Positions 37,224 through 47,756 of a DNA stretch of 61,422 nucleotides are shown piece by piece (position 1 is the first letter of the stretch; the number at the start of each line of letters is the position of its first letter). Origin of the DNA: a virus (Duplodnaviria; Caudoviricetes); IMG/VR virus record IMGVR_UViG_3300013126_000033, positions 1-61,422 of that record; one strand, given 5' to 3'. Both the position numbers and the translations under genes were made by a program. The notes under the pieces were generated by a model that was not told where the DNA came from, did not search any database, and saw nothing but the letters and a program-made list of their open reading frames with translations.

Positions 37224-37253
37224 ATAAAATAATATTAGTGACTAAGGAATATT

Positions 37254-37502
37254 ATGCCTTTGTATGAATTTCGTAATAAAGAAACAGGTGAAGTTTTTGA
37301 AAAGATGATGTCAATATCTTCGAAAGAAGATTATTTAAAAGAAAATCCAAATATAGAATCTGTTATAACATCAGCACCACCAACAATAGATTCTGTCAGA
37401 CTAGGTGTTCGTAAAACCGACCAAGGGTTTAAAGAGGTACTACAACGTATCCATGAAAAAACACCAGGCAGTCAATTAAACCAAACAACAAAACAACTAT
37501 AA
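37254..37502 (+). CDS. FmdB-like T4 protein
   Basis: MPLYEFRNKETGE. Confidence 0.7.
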   Translation: MPLYEFRNKETGEVFEKMMSISSKEDYLKENPNIESVITSAPPTIDSVRLGVRKTDQGFKEVLQRIHEKTPGSQLNQTTKQL

Positions 37503-37511
37503 AGGTAATAT

Positions 37512-38279
37512 ATGGCGCGACGTGCTAAACCGCAACTTCTTGTTGTTGAGAATGAAGCGGATAATAAACTCCAACAACAGAAACCTAGTAATCATTTGAA
37601 ATTAAGAATTGATGATTTAAAAACTTTCCAACCATTAACAGAAAATCAAAAGAAATTCTTTGATGCATATAAAATGGGAGATTATTTTGTTGCATTACAT
37701 GGAGTTGCTGGTACAGGTAAAACATTCTGTGCTCTTTATAAAGCTATCGAAGAGGTACTAGATAAAGGTAATCCATTTAATAAGATTATTGTTGTTCGTT
37801 CAGCAGTTCAGTCTCGTGAAATCGGTCACTTACCTGGTGATGTTAATGAAAAGATGGAAATCTATCAACAACCATATCGTCAGATTTGTGAAACATTATT
37901 TGGCCGTAAAGATGCATGGGATAGATTAGAAGAACAACATCATATTGAGTTTATTTCAACGTCTTTTATTCGTGGTATGTCATTTGATGATGCTATTATT
38001 ATTGTCGACGAAATGCAAAATTTGACCTTCGAAGAAATTGATACAGTTATGACTCGTGTTGGTTATCGCTCAAAGATTATCTGGTGTGGTGATTATCGTC
38101 AAACAGATTTAAATAAGAAAAAGAATGATGTTACTGGTATTCTAAAATTCTTTGATATTGCTTACCATATGTCAGCATTTACTAGAATTGAATTCACGCC
38201 AGATGATATTGTTCGTTCATCATTAGTTAAGGATTATATCCTTGCTAAAATGCATTATGAAGACACTAATGATAAATAA
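37512..38279 (+). CDS. phoH: PhoH-family ATPase
   Basis: GVAGTGKT, IGHLPG, FIRG, VDEMQN, GDYRQTD. Confidence 0.95.
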   Translation: MARRAKPQLLVVENEADNKLQQQKPSNHLKLRIDDLKTFQPLTENQKKFFDAYKMGDYFVALHGVAGTGKTFCALYKAIEEVLDKGNPFNKIIVVRSAVQSREIGHLPGDVNEKMEIYQQPYRQICETLFGRKDAWDRLEEQHHIEFISTSFIRGMSFDDAIIIVDEMQNLTFEEIDTVMTRVGYRSKIIWCGDYRQTDLNKKKNDVTGILKFFDIAYHMSAFTRIEFTPDDIVRSSLVKDYILAKMHYEDTNDK

Positions 38280-38296
38280 AAGTTTAGGAGGATTAT

Positions 38297-38923
38297 ATGC
38301 AATTAACAGAAGAACAATTTAAAGAATTATTTCCTAAGAACCCTAACGCTAAAGAATGGGTAGAAGCAATGAATGATATTCTACCAGACTTTGAAATTGA
38401 TACACCTAAGCGTGTAGCGGCGTTTCTTGCGCAATGTGGCCATGAGTCTGGTGGGTTTATGACTCTTAAGGAAAACTTAAACTATTCGGCACAAGGGTTG
38501 GTTAATATTTTTAAGAAGTATTTCCCTACTGTAATTGATGCCGAACCATATGCACGACAACCAGAAAAGATTGCTAATAAGGTTTATGCAAACCGTATGG
38601 GTAATGGTAATGAAGCTAGTGGAGACGGTTGGAGATATCGTGGTCGCGGACCAATTCAATTGACAGGTAAAGATAATTATAGAGCATTTGCTAATGATTA
38701 TTTTGATGATCCGGAAACATTATTAAATGATCCTGATCTATTAATTGATCATATTCCTACATCTCTATTAGCAGCAGTATGGTTCTGGCAAAAGAATAAA
38801 TTAAATACATATGCTGATACCGGTGATATTAAAACTATGACTAAGCGAATCAACGGTGGATTTATTGGTTTAGAAGATCGTATTAAACATTACGAACACG
38901 CTTTACATGTATTTGGTGCCTAA
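38297..38923 (+). CDS. GH19 endolysin
   Basis: FLAQCGHES, YRGRGPIQLTG, TKRINGG. Confidence 0.92.
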   Translation: MQLTEEQFKELFPKNPNAKEWVEAMNDILPDFEIDTPKRVAAFLAQCGHESGGFMTLKENLNYSAQGLVNIFKKYFPTVIDAEPYARQPEKIANKVYANRMGNGNEASGDGWRYRGRGPIQLTGKDNYRAFANDYFDDPETLLNDPDLLIDHIPTSLLAAVWFWQKNKLNTYADTGDIKTMTKRINGGFIGLEDRIKHYEHALHVFGA

Positions 38924-39417
38924 TGAAATGTGCAGTATTGGGTAATGGCCCTAGTTTAAATTTATATTATTCGTCTGAAGTTAAATATGATAAAATTATA
39001 GGGTGCAATATTCCATGGACTGTAGTAGATTTTACAGTTATTATGGATGAAGAAATTGTAGATCTATGGGCAAAAAACTATAATTTAATTCTAGTGCCAG
39101 CATATTTTAGTATTAAAGCATGGGGTAGAACTGATAGATCTAATCTTAGACAATTTTTATTAGATAATAATTTGTTTCTAGGATTAATTAAAGATAGAGA
39201 TCTTATTTCTACTGGACATATGGCAGCTAAAAAAGTTATTGAGTTGGGTGCTAATGAATTAGATTTATATGGATTTGATTCATACCATAATGAAACTATA
39301 GATTCAATTACATGGGATTATATAAAGAATAATCCAACTAATAATTCAAAATATTGGATTAAAGCTTGGAATAATATTATGAAAAATAATCCAAATATAG
39401 TATTTAATTTTATTTAA
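38923..39417 (+). CDS. glycosyltransferase-like protein
   Basis: VLGNGPS, STG, LYGFD. Confidence 0.55.
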   Translation: MKCAVLGNGPSLNLYYSSEVKYDKIIGCNIPWTVVDFTVIMDEEIVDLWAKNYNLILVPAYFSIKAWGRTDRSNLRQFLLDNNLFLGLIKDRDLISTGHMAAKKVIELGANELDLYGFDSYHNETIDSITWDYIKNNPTNNSKYWIKAWNNIMKNNPNIVFNFI

Positions 39418-39427
39418 GGAATTAAGA

Positions 39428-39658
39428 ATGTTCAATTTTAAGTTCAAAAGATTAAGTTTAGCTGTATGCTTAACTCTTTCATCATTTATTTTTGCTCAAG
39501 CGGTTTATGCTGCACCTACAGCAAAGAAACAAGAAGTAAAGAAAGTTGAAAAGAAACCAGTTAAATCTGCAGCTAAGAAAAAAGAAGATGGTAAAATTAA
39601 GCCTTTGGAAGAAGGCCGTAAGATTCCAACTTTGAAAAAGAAATATAAGAAAGACTAA
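39428..39658 (+). CDS. exported Lys-rich small protein
   Basis: signal peptide ending VYA. Confidence 0.5.
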   Translation: MFNFKFKRLSLAVCLTLSSFIFAQAVYAAPTAKKQEVKKVEKKPVKSAAKKKEDGKIKPLEEGRKIPTLKKKYKKD

Positions 39659-40300
39659 TTGAAGAACTTTATTCGTCATGAGTTTCCAGTAGTAAAAAGA
39701 ATAACTACACCTGAGTTAAGGTTATATGAAACACCTAATGGTGACCGTTATCCTTCAGTTACTACTATCACTGGACAGTTATCTCAAAACCACATTGCAG
39801 AATGGCGCAAAAGAGTTGGTGATGAGGTAGCTGACCATATATCTAAACAGGCAGCTGATCGCGGAACTAGAATCCATAGTTACTGTGAAAATTTCCTATT
39901 AAGTGAATCATATGAAGTTGATATGTTTGACTATGATTTTTGGAAATCAATGCAACCTGTTGTAGATAGAATAGACAACATTCATGCTCTAGAAGCCATG
40001 TTGTATTCCGACCAATTAAGAATGGCAGGAACTGTAGACTGTATTGGTGAATATAATGGATTATTATCAGTAATTGATTTTAAAACATCTAAGAAACCAA
40101 AACGTATTGAAGATATTCAACATTATTTCATACAGGCCACTGCTTATTCTGTTATGTTTGAAGAACTATTTGGTATTACAGTTCCAGACATAACAATAAT
40201 CATAGGAGTAGACGATGACTTACCTCAAGTTTTCCAGCAACGTCGTAGTAAATATATTAAAAGATTAGTTGAACTACGTCAGTCATTTACACAAAAATAA
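39659..40300 (+). CDS. PD-(D/E)XK exonuclease
   Basis: YPSVTT, GTRIH, AGTVD, IDFKTS, Q..AY. Confidence 0.88.
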   Translation: MKNFIRHEFPVVKRITTPELRLYETPNGDRYPSVTTITGQLSQNHIAEWRKRVGDEVADHISKQAADRGTRIHSYCENFLLSESYEVDMFDYDFWKSMQPVVDRIDNIHALEAMLYSDQLRMAGTVDCIGEYNGLLSVIDFKTSKKPKRIEDIQHYFIQATAYSVMFEELFGITVPDITIIIGVDDDLPQVFQQRRSKYIKRLVELRQSFTQK

Positions 40301-40364
40301 TAGTGTACATTAAATAAACTTTTTGATATAATATACTTATAATCAATAAAACAAGGAGACTCTT

Positions 40365-40910
40365 ATGAGAAACCTAGTAATATTATTATCTGTGTTATTG
40401 GTACCAAGTAGTTCTATTGCTAATTCAGAACATACTTTTATTGACAAACTTGTCAGTATAGTTAAACCAGAACCTAAAGAACCTATAATACAAGTGAAAG
40501 ATAAGAAACAAATAGAATGTTTAGCACAAAATATCTATTGGGAAGCAGGGTTAGAACCTTATCGTGGCCAACTAGCAGTAGCCATGGTAACAATGAGAAG
40601 AGTTAAATCATCTCATTTTCCAAAGACAGTTTGTGGAGTAGTTAAACAAAAGGTTAAACAAACCTGTCAGTTCTCTTGGTGGTGTGAAGATGCTAAAAGA
40701 GAAAAAGCAATTAATAATAAATTCAATCCAAAAGAAAGAATGTTATTAGAAGATGTAAGAAGTGTAGCACAATATGCTTTCTTACATTATAAAGATATTC
40801 ATGATGAAACTAAGGGTGCATTATTTTATCACAATACCTCAGTAAATCCTGAATGGAAACTTAAACGTACCACAAAAATTGGAAATCACATTTTTTATAA
40901 GAAGGGTTAA
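40365..40910 (+). CDS. SleB-like cell wall hydrolase
   Basis: CLAQNIYWEA, CQFSW, IGNHIFY. Confidence 0.9.
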   Translation: MRNLVILLSVLLVPSSSIANSEHTFIDKLVSIVKPEPKEPIIQVKDKKQIECLAQNIYWEAGLEPYRGQLAVAMVTMRRVKSSHFPKTVCGVVKQKVKQTCQFSWWCEDAKREKAINNKFNPKERMLLEDVRSVAQYAFLHYKDIHDETKGALFYHNTSVNPEWKLKRTTKIGNHIFYKKG

Positions 40911-40912
40911 TT

Positions 40913-41593
40913 ATGGTAGCAAAATTAGGTAAAGACGATAATCCAGGAAATATTTTAGCTGGATTAATGAAACACGTCCAGATTAATACCCAAGAAACTA
41001 TATTAAGAACTCATGATGTATACTTGGATGATGAAATCACTGAATCATCTAATTACAGAGAACTAATTTCACTATTAATGAATGCTGGTCCTGAAGATCA
41101 GATTAACCTTTACATTAATTCACCTGGTGGTAATTTAGATGCAGCATGTGCTATTATTACTGCTATCCAATGTTCAAATGCAGATGTTAAAGCCTATTTA
41201 ATGGGTGCAGCTCACTCTGCAGCTTCAATGATTACCATGTATTGTACTCAAGTCCATGTATTCAATCATGCTTATATGATGGCCCATACTGCTTCATTTG
41301 GCTCATCTGGTAATACTTCAACTGTTAAATCACATACTGACTTTACTGTAACTCAAGTGGAAAAATTACTTGATGATGCATATGAAGGTTTCTTATCTAA
41401 AGATGAGTTATCAAAGGTTAAAAACGGTGTTGAAGTTTGGTTTGATAATGAACAGATTATTAAACGTTTGCAAGGCCGTATGAAAGTGTTACAGAAACGT
41501 TATGATGATGCTAATGGATTTTCAAAGCCAGAAAAACCTAAGAAACCAGTAACCAAGAAGGTAACCAAGGAAGTAACTAAGGAAACCGAATAA
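40913..41593 (+). CDS. ClpP-like protease
   Basis: INSPGG, AHSAAS, MMAH. Confidence 0.85.
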   Translation: MVAKLGKDDNPGNILAGLMKHVQINTQETILRTHDVYLDDEITESSNYRELISLLMNAGPEDQINLYINSPGGNLDAACAIITAIQCSNADVKAYLMGAAHSAASMITMYCTQVHVFNHAYMMAHTASFGSSGNTSTVKSHTDFTVTQVEKLLDDAYEGFLSKDELSKVKNGVEVWFDNEQIIKRLQGRMKVLQKRYDDANGFSKPEKPKKPVTKKVTKEVTKETE

Positions 41594-41661
41594 AGTTGTT
41601 TACATTAATTACATTATGATTTATAATATATGTACTATGTTATAATAAAGGTGATATTATC

Positions 41662-41922
41662 ATGAGTATTAAAAATGCAATTTTGGAATCATATCGACAT
41701 CGTAATAAAGATGAACTGTTATCAATCCAAAAAGAACTTAATCAAACCATAGAAACTCTAGATATCTTCTTTGAGGAATATCTAGAGGTTTTCTCTGATC
41801 AGATGAACACAACCGAAGACACTAAATCTCCTATATGGATTGCTTATAAAGAAAAATATAAGGAAAGTCAAGATGCCAAGGAAAATTTAAAACTGACTAA
41901 TTATTATCTGGGGATGTTGTAA
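41662..41922 (+). CDS. hypothetical protein
   Basis: early promoter at 41599. Confidence 0.55.
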   Translation: MSIKNAILESYRHRNKDELLSIQKELNQTIETLDIFFEEYLEVFSDQMNTTEDTKSPIWIAYKEKYKESQDAKENLKLTNYYLGML

Positions 41923-42149
41923 TGGAAGGTAAAATATTTAAAAATACTAATGAGTTTTCTTTATTCATTGAAGAAATTGTACGTGATAAAAGAATGACTC
42001 ACATGGAAGCAGTATTAAAATATTGTGAACAAAACTTTATTGATCCCGAAGACATATCATCATTAATTAATAAGAACCTTAAGGCAAAGATCGAATTAAA
42101 CATGATCGAAAATAACTTATTACCTAAACGTGGAGTATTAGATATATGA
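41922..42149 (+). CDS. gp33: late transcription coactivator
   Basis: FSLFIEE...MEAVLKYCE; synteny with gp59 and gp32. Confidence 0.85.
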   Translation: MEGKIFKNTNEFSLFIEEIVRDKRMTHMEAVLKYCEQNFIDPEDISSLINKNLKAKIELNMIENNLLPKRGVLDI

Positions 42150-42583
42150 TTAAACAGTCAGCATGGCATTATAAATTAGCAAACTTTGGTAGCGAACGAG
42201 TTTATCCTGGAACAAAGGTTAACTTCTGTAATTATTTTAGATATGTAGTATATGGTACATTACATCTACTTGCAGCAATGGTAGTATTGGGAATGTTCAT
42301 CGAAAGTTTTTATCAATTCTATATGTGGTGTGCATATGGAACTAAAATGGATGATGTAGCAATTGCCTTTGTTGTAGTTACTATATGTGGACTTATTGGA
42401 ATTACTGGCGGTTATGGTGTTTATAAGTATTTAGAATTAACAGAAGATTCTCGGGCAGAAAAGAGAAGACTAAAACGTATTGAAAAACAAAATAGAGAAC
42501 CTGGATTCTTTTCTATGGCTTATCGTAAGTTTAAAGATAAAACATGTTTCATGATTAAGATCGAAGACGATGAACGGGTTTAA
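42146..42583 (+). CDS. membrane protein
   Basis: two TM segments. Confidence 0.55.
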   Translation: MIKQSAWHYKLANFGSERVYPGTKVNFCNYFRYVVYGTLHLLAAMVVLGMFIESFYQFYMWCAYGTKMDDVAIAFVVVTICGLIGITGGYGVYKYLELTEDSRAEKRRLKRIEKQNREPGFFSMAYRKFKDKTCFMIKIEDDERV

Positions 42584-43175
42584 AGCATATAGATATCATC
42601 TAGCATTAAAATTACATTTTACTAGTGAAAAATATAATGTTTTTGAAAACAGAGGCAATATTAAGGTTTCACTAGATGCCTATAAGAATAGGAATGATCA
42701 CTTCCTATTTGAAAAATTATCTAGGAAGTTTGATAGTGATCAAGAGTATATTCAGTATATTGTTTCTAATTATGCTTATGATAATGCAAACTTTCTATAT
42801 AATGAATCTATAGCAGAAAGTAATTTTACTAGATGGATTAAGGTTAAGGAATCCATTACTAAAACATTTACAGATGATATTAATACTATTTTATATGAAG
42901 CAGATAAACATAACATAGGAAATATATCAAAAATTAATTGTACAAATAATGATATTCCTTTTATAATTAAACTATATTTGGCAAATCAAATACAACCTCA
43001 AACTATATCTATATTAAATGATTTTACTAATATGATTGATAATTGGCAGAGTGATTCTACTATGTCAATGTTATTTCAAAATAATATGGTAAGACTTAAA
43101 AAGATAAAGGGTTTCTTTTCATATGATAAAGAAAAACTTGAAAAAATTTATGAATCACATAAAAGTGAGTTATAA
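42570..43175 (+). CDS. gp59: helicase loader
   Basis: AYRYHLALKLHF, RNDHFLFEKL. Confidence 0.88.
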   Translation: MNGFKAYRYHLALKLHFTSEKYNVFENRGNIKVSLDAYKNRNDHFLFEKLSRKFDSDQEYIQYIVSNYAYDNANFLYNESIAESNFTRWIKVKESITKTFTDDINTILYEADKHNIGNISKINCTNNDIPFIIKLYLANQIQPQTISILNDFTNMIDNWQSDSTMSMLFQNNMVRLKKIKGFFSYDKEKLEKIYESHKSEL

Positions 43176-43245
43176 ATAGTAATGGATATTAATTATCCTA
43201 TACATAGCAATACAAATTATACAACGTTAATACAAAGGAAATACG

Positions 43246-44193
43246 ATGGACATTAATACACTTCGCAATTCGCGCAATCAAGACTTTGGCAGTATCAGTT
43301 CAGCTTTTGATAAAATCGCCAATCCATCCTCAGAACAAAGATCATTTGAAGATAATCGTTTCTGGAAATTAGAAAAAGATAAAGCAGGTAATGGTTCAGC
43401 AGTCATTCGTTTTCTACCTCGTGTAGAAGGTGATGAATTACCATGGGTTAAAATCTTTTCACATGGTTTCAAAGGTCCTACTGGCCGTTGGTATATTGAA
43501 AATAGTTTAACTACATTTGGTGAAAATGACCCAGTAGGTGAGTTGAATACTCGTCTATGGAATGAATCAACTGATGATAATTCTCCAGGTCGTAAACAAG
43601 CGCGTGATCAGAAGAGACGCTTAGGTTTCATTTCAAATATTTTGGTTGTGTCTGACCCTAAACACCCAGAAAATGAAGGTAAAGTATTCTTATTCCGCTA
43701 TGGCAAGAAAATCTTTGATAAGATTATGAATAAGGCTAAACCTACATTTGAAGATGAACGCCCAGTGAATGTGTTTGACTTATGGGAAGGTGCAAACTTT
43801 AAACTACGTATGCGTAATGTTGAAGGTTACCCTAACTATGATGAGTCAGTATTTGCTGAACCAGCACCAGTTGCACCTTCAGATGAACAAATTTTAGCAG
43901 TTGTTAATTCACAACATAAATTATCAGAATTTTTGGATCGTAAAAACTTCAAGACTTATGATGAATTAAAAGCTAAACTTGAATCAGTATTGAGTGGTGA
44001 TGCAGCTCCAACTCAAACTGCTGCACAAATGGCAGCTGATCCAGTTCCTGTTGCTCAACCACGTCAGTTTGCTGAAACACCAGCACCTACATTTACTTCT
44101 GCTCCAGCACCTAGTGCTAAGATCCCAGAGATTAATGATGGTGATGATGACGATATGATGGCTATGTTCCAACGTATTGCCAATGAAGACTAG
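43246..44193 (+). CDS. gp32: single-stranded DNA-binding protein
   Basis: GNGSAVIRFLP, WYIENSLTT, acidic tail; AT-rich leader. Confidence 0.97.
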   Translation: MDINTLRNSRNQDFGSISSAFDKIANPSSEQRSFEDNRFWKLEKDKAGNGSAVIRFLPRVEGDELPWVKIFSHGFKGPTGRWYIENSLTTFGENDPVGELNTRLWNESTDDNSPGRKQARDQKRRLGFISNILVVSDPKHPENEGKVFLFRYGKKIFDKIMNKAKPTFEDERPVNVFDLWEGANFKLRMRNVEGYPNYDESVFAEPAPVAPSDEQILAVVNSQHKLSEFLDRKNFKTYDELKAKLESVLSGDAAPTQTAAQMAADPVPVAQPRQFAETPAPTFTSAPAPSAKIPEINDGDDDDMMAMFQRIANED

Positions 44194-44206
44194 ATTAATC
44201 TAGTTT

Positions 44207-44240
44207 AAAAAGAAGGGAGCTTAGTGCTCCCTTTTTTCTT
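44207..44240. terminator. bidirectional intrinsic terminator
   Basis: AAGGGAGC-TTAGT-GCTCCCTT flanked by A and T tracts, between convergent genes. Confidence 0.9.
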
Positions 44241-45894
44241 ATATATTAAAGACTGAATTTAGATACCTATTATGGGTGCTATCATTATTTCTTATTGACG
44301 TTTTCATAAAGGCATTTTGAGTTTGATTATTAACCTGTTGAGTATTAACAACTGTTGGTGATGTTAATGGAACAGATTTTTTATCTTTGACTGAATCAAT
44401 TTGTTGATTGTATTTCTGTACTTTATCTCCTGTATTTACTGGAGAAATAACATTTTTACTAAATATCTTAGAAAATTCAGGATCTTTATTCATGGCAGGA
44501 GTAGTTTTACTTGCTCCCTCAACCTTAGTTTCTTTACCATCAACTGGTGTTAACCCCAAGAATTTTCTAATAGAATCTATAGGGTGTTTAAAGAATTCCC
44601 AAATTTTTTCGTATAAATCAACCATGTAATCTACAAATTTATTATATGTAGTAACGAACGAAAATGAATCTAATGATTTTTTAATCTTATCAAACCCAAG
44701 TTTTCCAGAAACCCAGGCCAATCCATTTTTAACTAAATCTAATAAATCACCTATCATAAATTTAAATGCACCTTTACTAAAAGCACCTGCTGCCTTTAAT
44801 AAAGAACCAGTCTTTTTATATTCTTTAAACCCATCAAACAATCCAACAATTCCACCGATAATCTGATTAATAACTGGTAACCTTGCGCCAATACTCTTAC
44901 CAACAGAAAATACTTTTCCAATAATAGATAATTTAGATGCCACAGTATTAAAGAAACCCGTTATTTTAGAAACTATACTAAAAGATGATCCAGATTTACT
45001 GAATAGTGCTATAGCTTGTCTAAATGGTGCAAAGAAATTAGATACAGCGAGTCTAAATTTATTAAATGTAGATACTACTGAAATCTTAATTGAATTAATT
45101 ACACCGGTTACTACTTTAAATGCTGTAATTATTTTAGACTGAATTGCTTTTGCAAAATTAGATATACTAATAATGGCTTTTTCTAAAGATGCAACTTGTT
45201 TTGGAAATCTATTTTTAAAGAATTCTTTAAATGACCCAAATGCATGTGTTACATTTATTGTTAAAATATCGTATGTATTTTTTACAAATTTAACAAATCT
45301 TGGTCCTAAATCTTTAATATATTTAGGTGTTATAAGTGAAGTAAAATCTTTAACTGCTTCGCCAATAGTTTTAGTTATATTCCATAACATCTTAGTATAT
45401 GCTTTAATTGCACCAAAACTAATACCTAATGATAATACAGTTAAAGTAGATAATGCGCTTAATTTACCAATACCTATTTTGAATTTAGGGAGTTCTTCTT
45501 TCTTTTCTTCACTTTTCTGACCAAAATTTCTTGTGTTTTCTTCAATCTTTTCTAGTAGTCTAATCTGTCTAGCATTAACTTTATCTATTTCAATTTCTCT
45601 TTCTGTTAAATCTGCAGATTGTATATTAACAGATTTATTTACTTCTGATTTTTTAGATAATGCTGTAGTATTAAGTTCAATGGTCTTAATTAATTTGACT
45701 ATATTTTTGTTTAAGAGAGTATAATCGGACTTAGTTTTAGGTGTAGTTACTGGTTTATTTTCTTTAATAGATGCCTGTACTTCCGCCTGAGCAGCTTCCA
45801 AAATTGCAGCGTGAGCAGGATTCATCTTTAAATTAGATGATTGAAGTGAGGCCGCGAATTCACTAAATGATAACTTATCCGATTTTTTTGCCAT
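44239..45894 (-). CDS. tail-length/hub protein (gp29-like)
   Basis: amphipathic tape-measure-like sequence; follows gp26 and gp51. Confidence 0.6.
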   Translation of the reverse strand: MAKKSDKLSFSEFAASLQSSNLKMNPAHAAILEAAQAEVQASIKENKPVTTPKTKSDYTLLNKNIVKLIKTIELNTTALSKKSEVNKSVNIQSADLTEREIEIDKVNARQIRLLEKIEENTRNFGQKSEEKKEELPKFKIGIGKLSALSTLTVLSLGISFGAIKAYTKMLWNITKTIGEAVKDFTSLITPKYIKDLGPRFVKFVKNTYDILTINVTHAFGSFKEFFKNRFPKQVASLEKAIISISNFAKAIQSKIITAFKVVTGVINSIKISVVSTFNKFRLAVSNFFAPFRQAIALFSKSGSSFSIVSKITGFFNTVASKLSIIGKVFSVGKSIGARLPVINQIIGGIVGLFDGFKEYKKTGSLLKAAGAFSKGAFKFMIGDLLDLVKNGLAWVSGKLGFDKIKKSLDSFSFVTTYNKFVDYMVDLYEKIWEFFKHPIDSIRKFLGLTPVDGKETKVEGASKTTPAMNKDPEFSKIFSKNVISPVNTGDKVQKYNQQIDSVKDKKSVPLTSPTVVNTQQVNNQTQNAFMKTSIRNNDSTHNRYLNSVFNI

Positions 45895-46034
45895 TATTGA
45901 CTACTTTCTATCCTTTGCTTTTCTTCTTCTAAGAATTGCATTAGTAATGAAACATAAATTTCTCTCTCAAATGGAATCATATTTTCAATATCTTCTAATG
46001 AATACTTATGGTATTGCATTAAAGCAAAATTCAT
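45894..46034 (-). CDS. gp51-like baseplate hub assembly protein (not in ORF track)
   Basis: MNFALMQYHKYSLEDIENMIPFEREIY. Confidence 0.8.
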   Translation of the reverse strand: MNFALMQYHKYSLEDIENMIPFEREIYVSLLMQFLEEEKQRIESSQ

Positions 46035-46072
46035 TTTATAGAAATTATACAGGTTTTCATGTGAGAGATTAA

Positions 46073-46783
46073 CTAAAAAAAACTAGAAATACCTTCTAAA
46101 ACTTTGTTGTGTTCTTTACCACATACTGGGCATTTATAATTTAATTCTTTCTTAAGTTTTGGCATTGTTTCAAAGAATGATTGAATTTTTGCAAATTGCT
46201 CTGAAGTTAAATTATTCAAGAAGTCCATCAAATCTTCTCTTGTTTGCTCTTTAGCATGATAAATTTCTTCAGCAGTATAAATGCTATCAATACAATCTAC
46301 AACAATATCAAACATTCCATCTATTGAATCTTGTCCAATTTCTAATTTAGTAATTGTATCTAATGATGGGTATTTCATAATAACACCAACACCATCAAAT
46401 AAATTAATATTTGTACTATGGCCAACTGGTGTTTCTACTTTAAGTTGAGTAAGGTCCAATCTAATTGGAGTTACTGCTTTTTCATCTTCACATACGTCAC
46501 ATTTTAAAAATAATTCTACATCTTCACCCACTGATATAGCTCTTAATTGGGTGAAAATATATTCTAAATCAAACATAGCTAAAGACTCTACATCTATAGC
46601 ATTAAAAGTACATGACTTGATAACACCCTTTAGTGTATCCATCATGACTTTTGGGTTGTCAGATTGCTGTGCAATCAATAAAGCTTTTTCTTCTTTAATT
46701 AAGAATGATCTAAATTTAACCTCTTTACCTGTAGATGGAACAATTAAACTATAGGTTGGTGAAGTATTAATTGGTAGTGCCAT
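46073..46783 (-). CDS. gp26: baseplate hub assembly protein
   Basis: FRSFLIKEEK, LRAISVGE, CPVCG...SFF. Confidence 0.85.
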   Translation of the reverse strand: MALPINTSPTYSLIVPSTGKEVKFRSFLIKEEKALLIAQQSDNPKVMMDTLKGVIKSCTFNAIDVESLAMFDLEYIFTQLRAISVGEDVELFLKCDVCEDEKAVTPIRLDLTQLKVETPVGHSTNINLFDGVGVIMKYPSLDTITKLEIGQDSIDGMFDIVVDCIDSIYTAEEIYHAKEQTREDLMDFLNNLTSEQFAKIQSFFETMPKLKKELNYKCPVCGKEHNKVLEGISSFF

Positions 46784-46787
46784 AATG

Positions 46788-47225
46788 TTACTCTCCTTTA
46801 TTCATATTATGAATCAGCTTATTCAATTCAGATGTACTGCCAACAAATATTGCATTGTTGTTTGTTACTGTTTTAGTGGGACCACCGTCAGAAGATTCTT
46901 TCGGTGCATCCAATTTTTGTTTCTTCTCACTTAATTTCAATAGCTTTTCATTAATATCAGCTAATTGATTCATTAAGTTACCTACAACTTCAAATGCTCT
47001 AGGGTGTTCAGAACTCTTTGCAACCTCTAAAGCATGCATCAAAGCTTCTTGTCCAGTAGCTAGAAGATCATGAAGATTCTTTCTAGTTTTATCATAGTCA
47101 TAATCTATTTTTTCATTTATACTATTTGTTTCTGGAATTATTACTTCACCAGACCGAGTAATCACTTCAGTTGGTTCCACAGGTTCTATATCAAATACCT
47201 GTGAAAGGTTATCATCAATTTTCAT
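46788..47225 (-). CDS. gp16: terminase small subunit
   Basis: SEHPRAFEV, NNAIFVGSTSEL. Confidence 0.85.
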   Translation of the reverse strand: MKIDDNLSQVFDIEPVEPTEVITRSGEVIIPETNSINEKIDYDYDKTRKNLHDLLATGQEALMHALEVAKSSEHPRAFEVVGNLMNQLADINEKLLKLSEKKQKLDAPKESSDGGPTKTVTNNNAIFVGSTSELNKLIHNMNKGE

Positions 47226-47237
47226 ATTATATCCTAA

Positions 47238-47747
47238 TTACGAAATTTTCTTTCTTGTTGGGGTTGGTCTTGTTGTAGTAGTTTCAACTGGTGCAACTGG
47301 TTCTTCAACCGTTGGTTTAGGTGTTTCAATTACAGGTTTAGGCGTAGGCGCTGGTGTTGGTCTTTGCGGCGGAACAGCTGGTGCTGGCGCCGCTTCAGTC
47401 TTTTTTGCTGCTGAATAAGCATTAGCTCCAAAGAATACACCTACTAAAGCTGAAATAGCTACAAAATATGTAGGTGCAATATCACCTACAATCTTAGCTG
47501 CATCGTCTACATCTAACCATGATGTAAATACAATAACTATTGGGTATAATAACATCCCAAATAAAGCAAACCAAGTCATCTTACGCATAGCGTCACGTTG
47601 AGCATCTTGATCTTCAAGTTCTCTACGTTTGAATTCCAAATACATTGATAATTCTTCACTACTTACGTAACCATCACCATTTGTATCTGCTTCTTGTAGT
47701 TGGGCATAAGCTTGATGGCTTACACCTTGCTTTTTATAATCTTCCAT
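47238..47747 (-). CDS. EF-hand-like plus two-TM protein (holin-like)
   Basis: DTNGDGYVSSEE; two TM segments; Pro-rich tail. Confidence 0.55.
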   Translation of the reverse strand: MEDYKKQGVSHQAYAQLQEADTNGDGYVSSEELSMYLEFKRRELEDQDAQRDAMRKMTWFALFGMLLYPIVIVFTSWLDVDDAAKIVGDIAPTYFVAISALVGVFFGANAYSAAKKTEAAPAPAVPPQRPTPAPTPKPVIETPKPTVEEPVAPVETTTTRPTPTRKKIS

Positions 47748-47756
47748 TTATAGTCC

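Noticed and set aside
39659-40300. Cas4 as evidence of a CRISPR system
   Set aside because: A stand-alone PD-(D/E)XK exonuclease common in T4-like phages; lacks the Cas4 Cys cluster.
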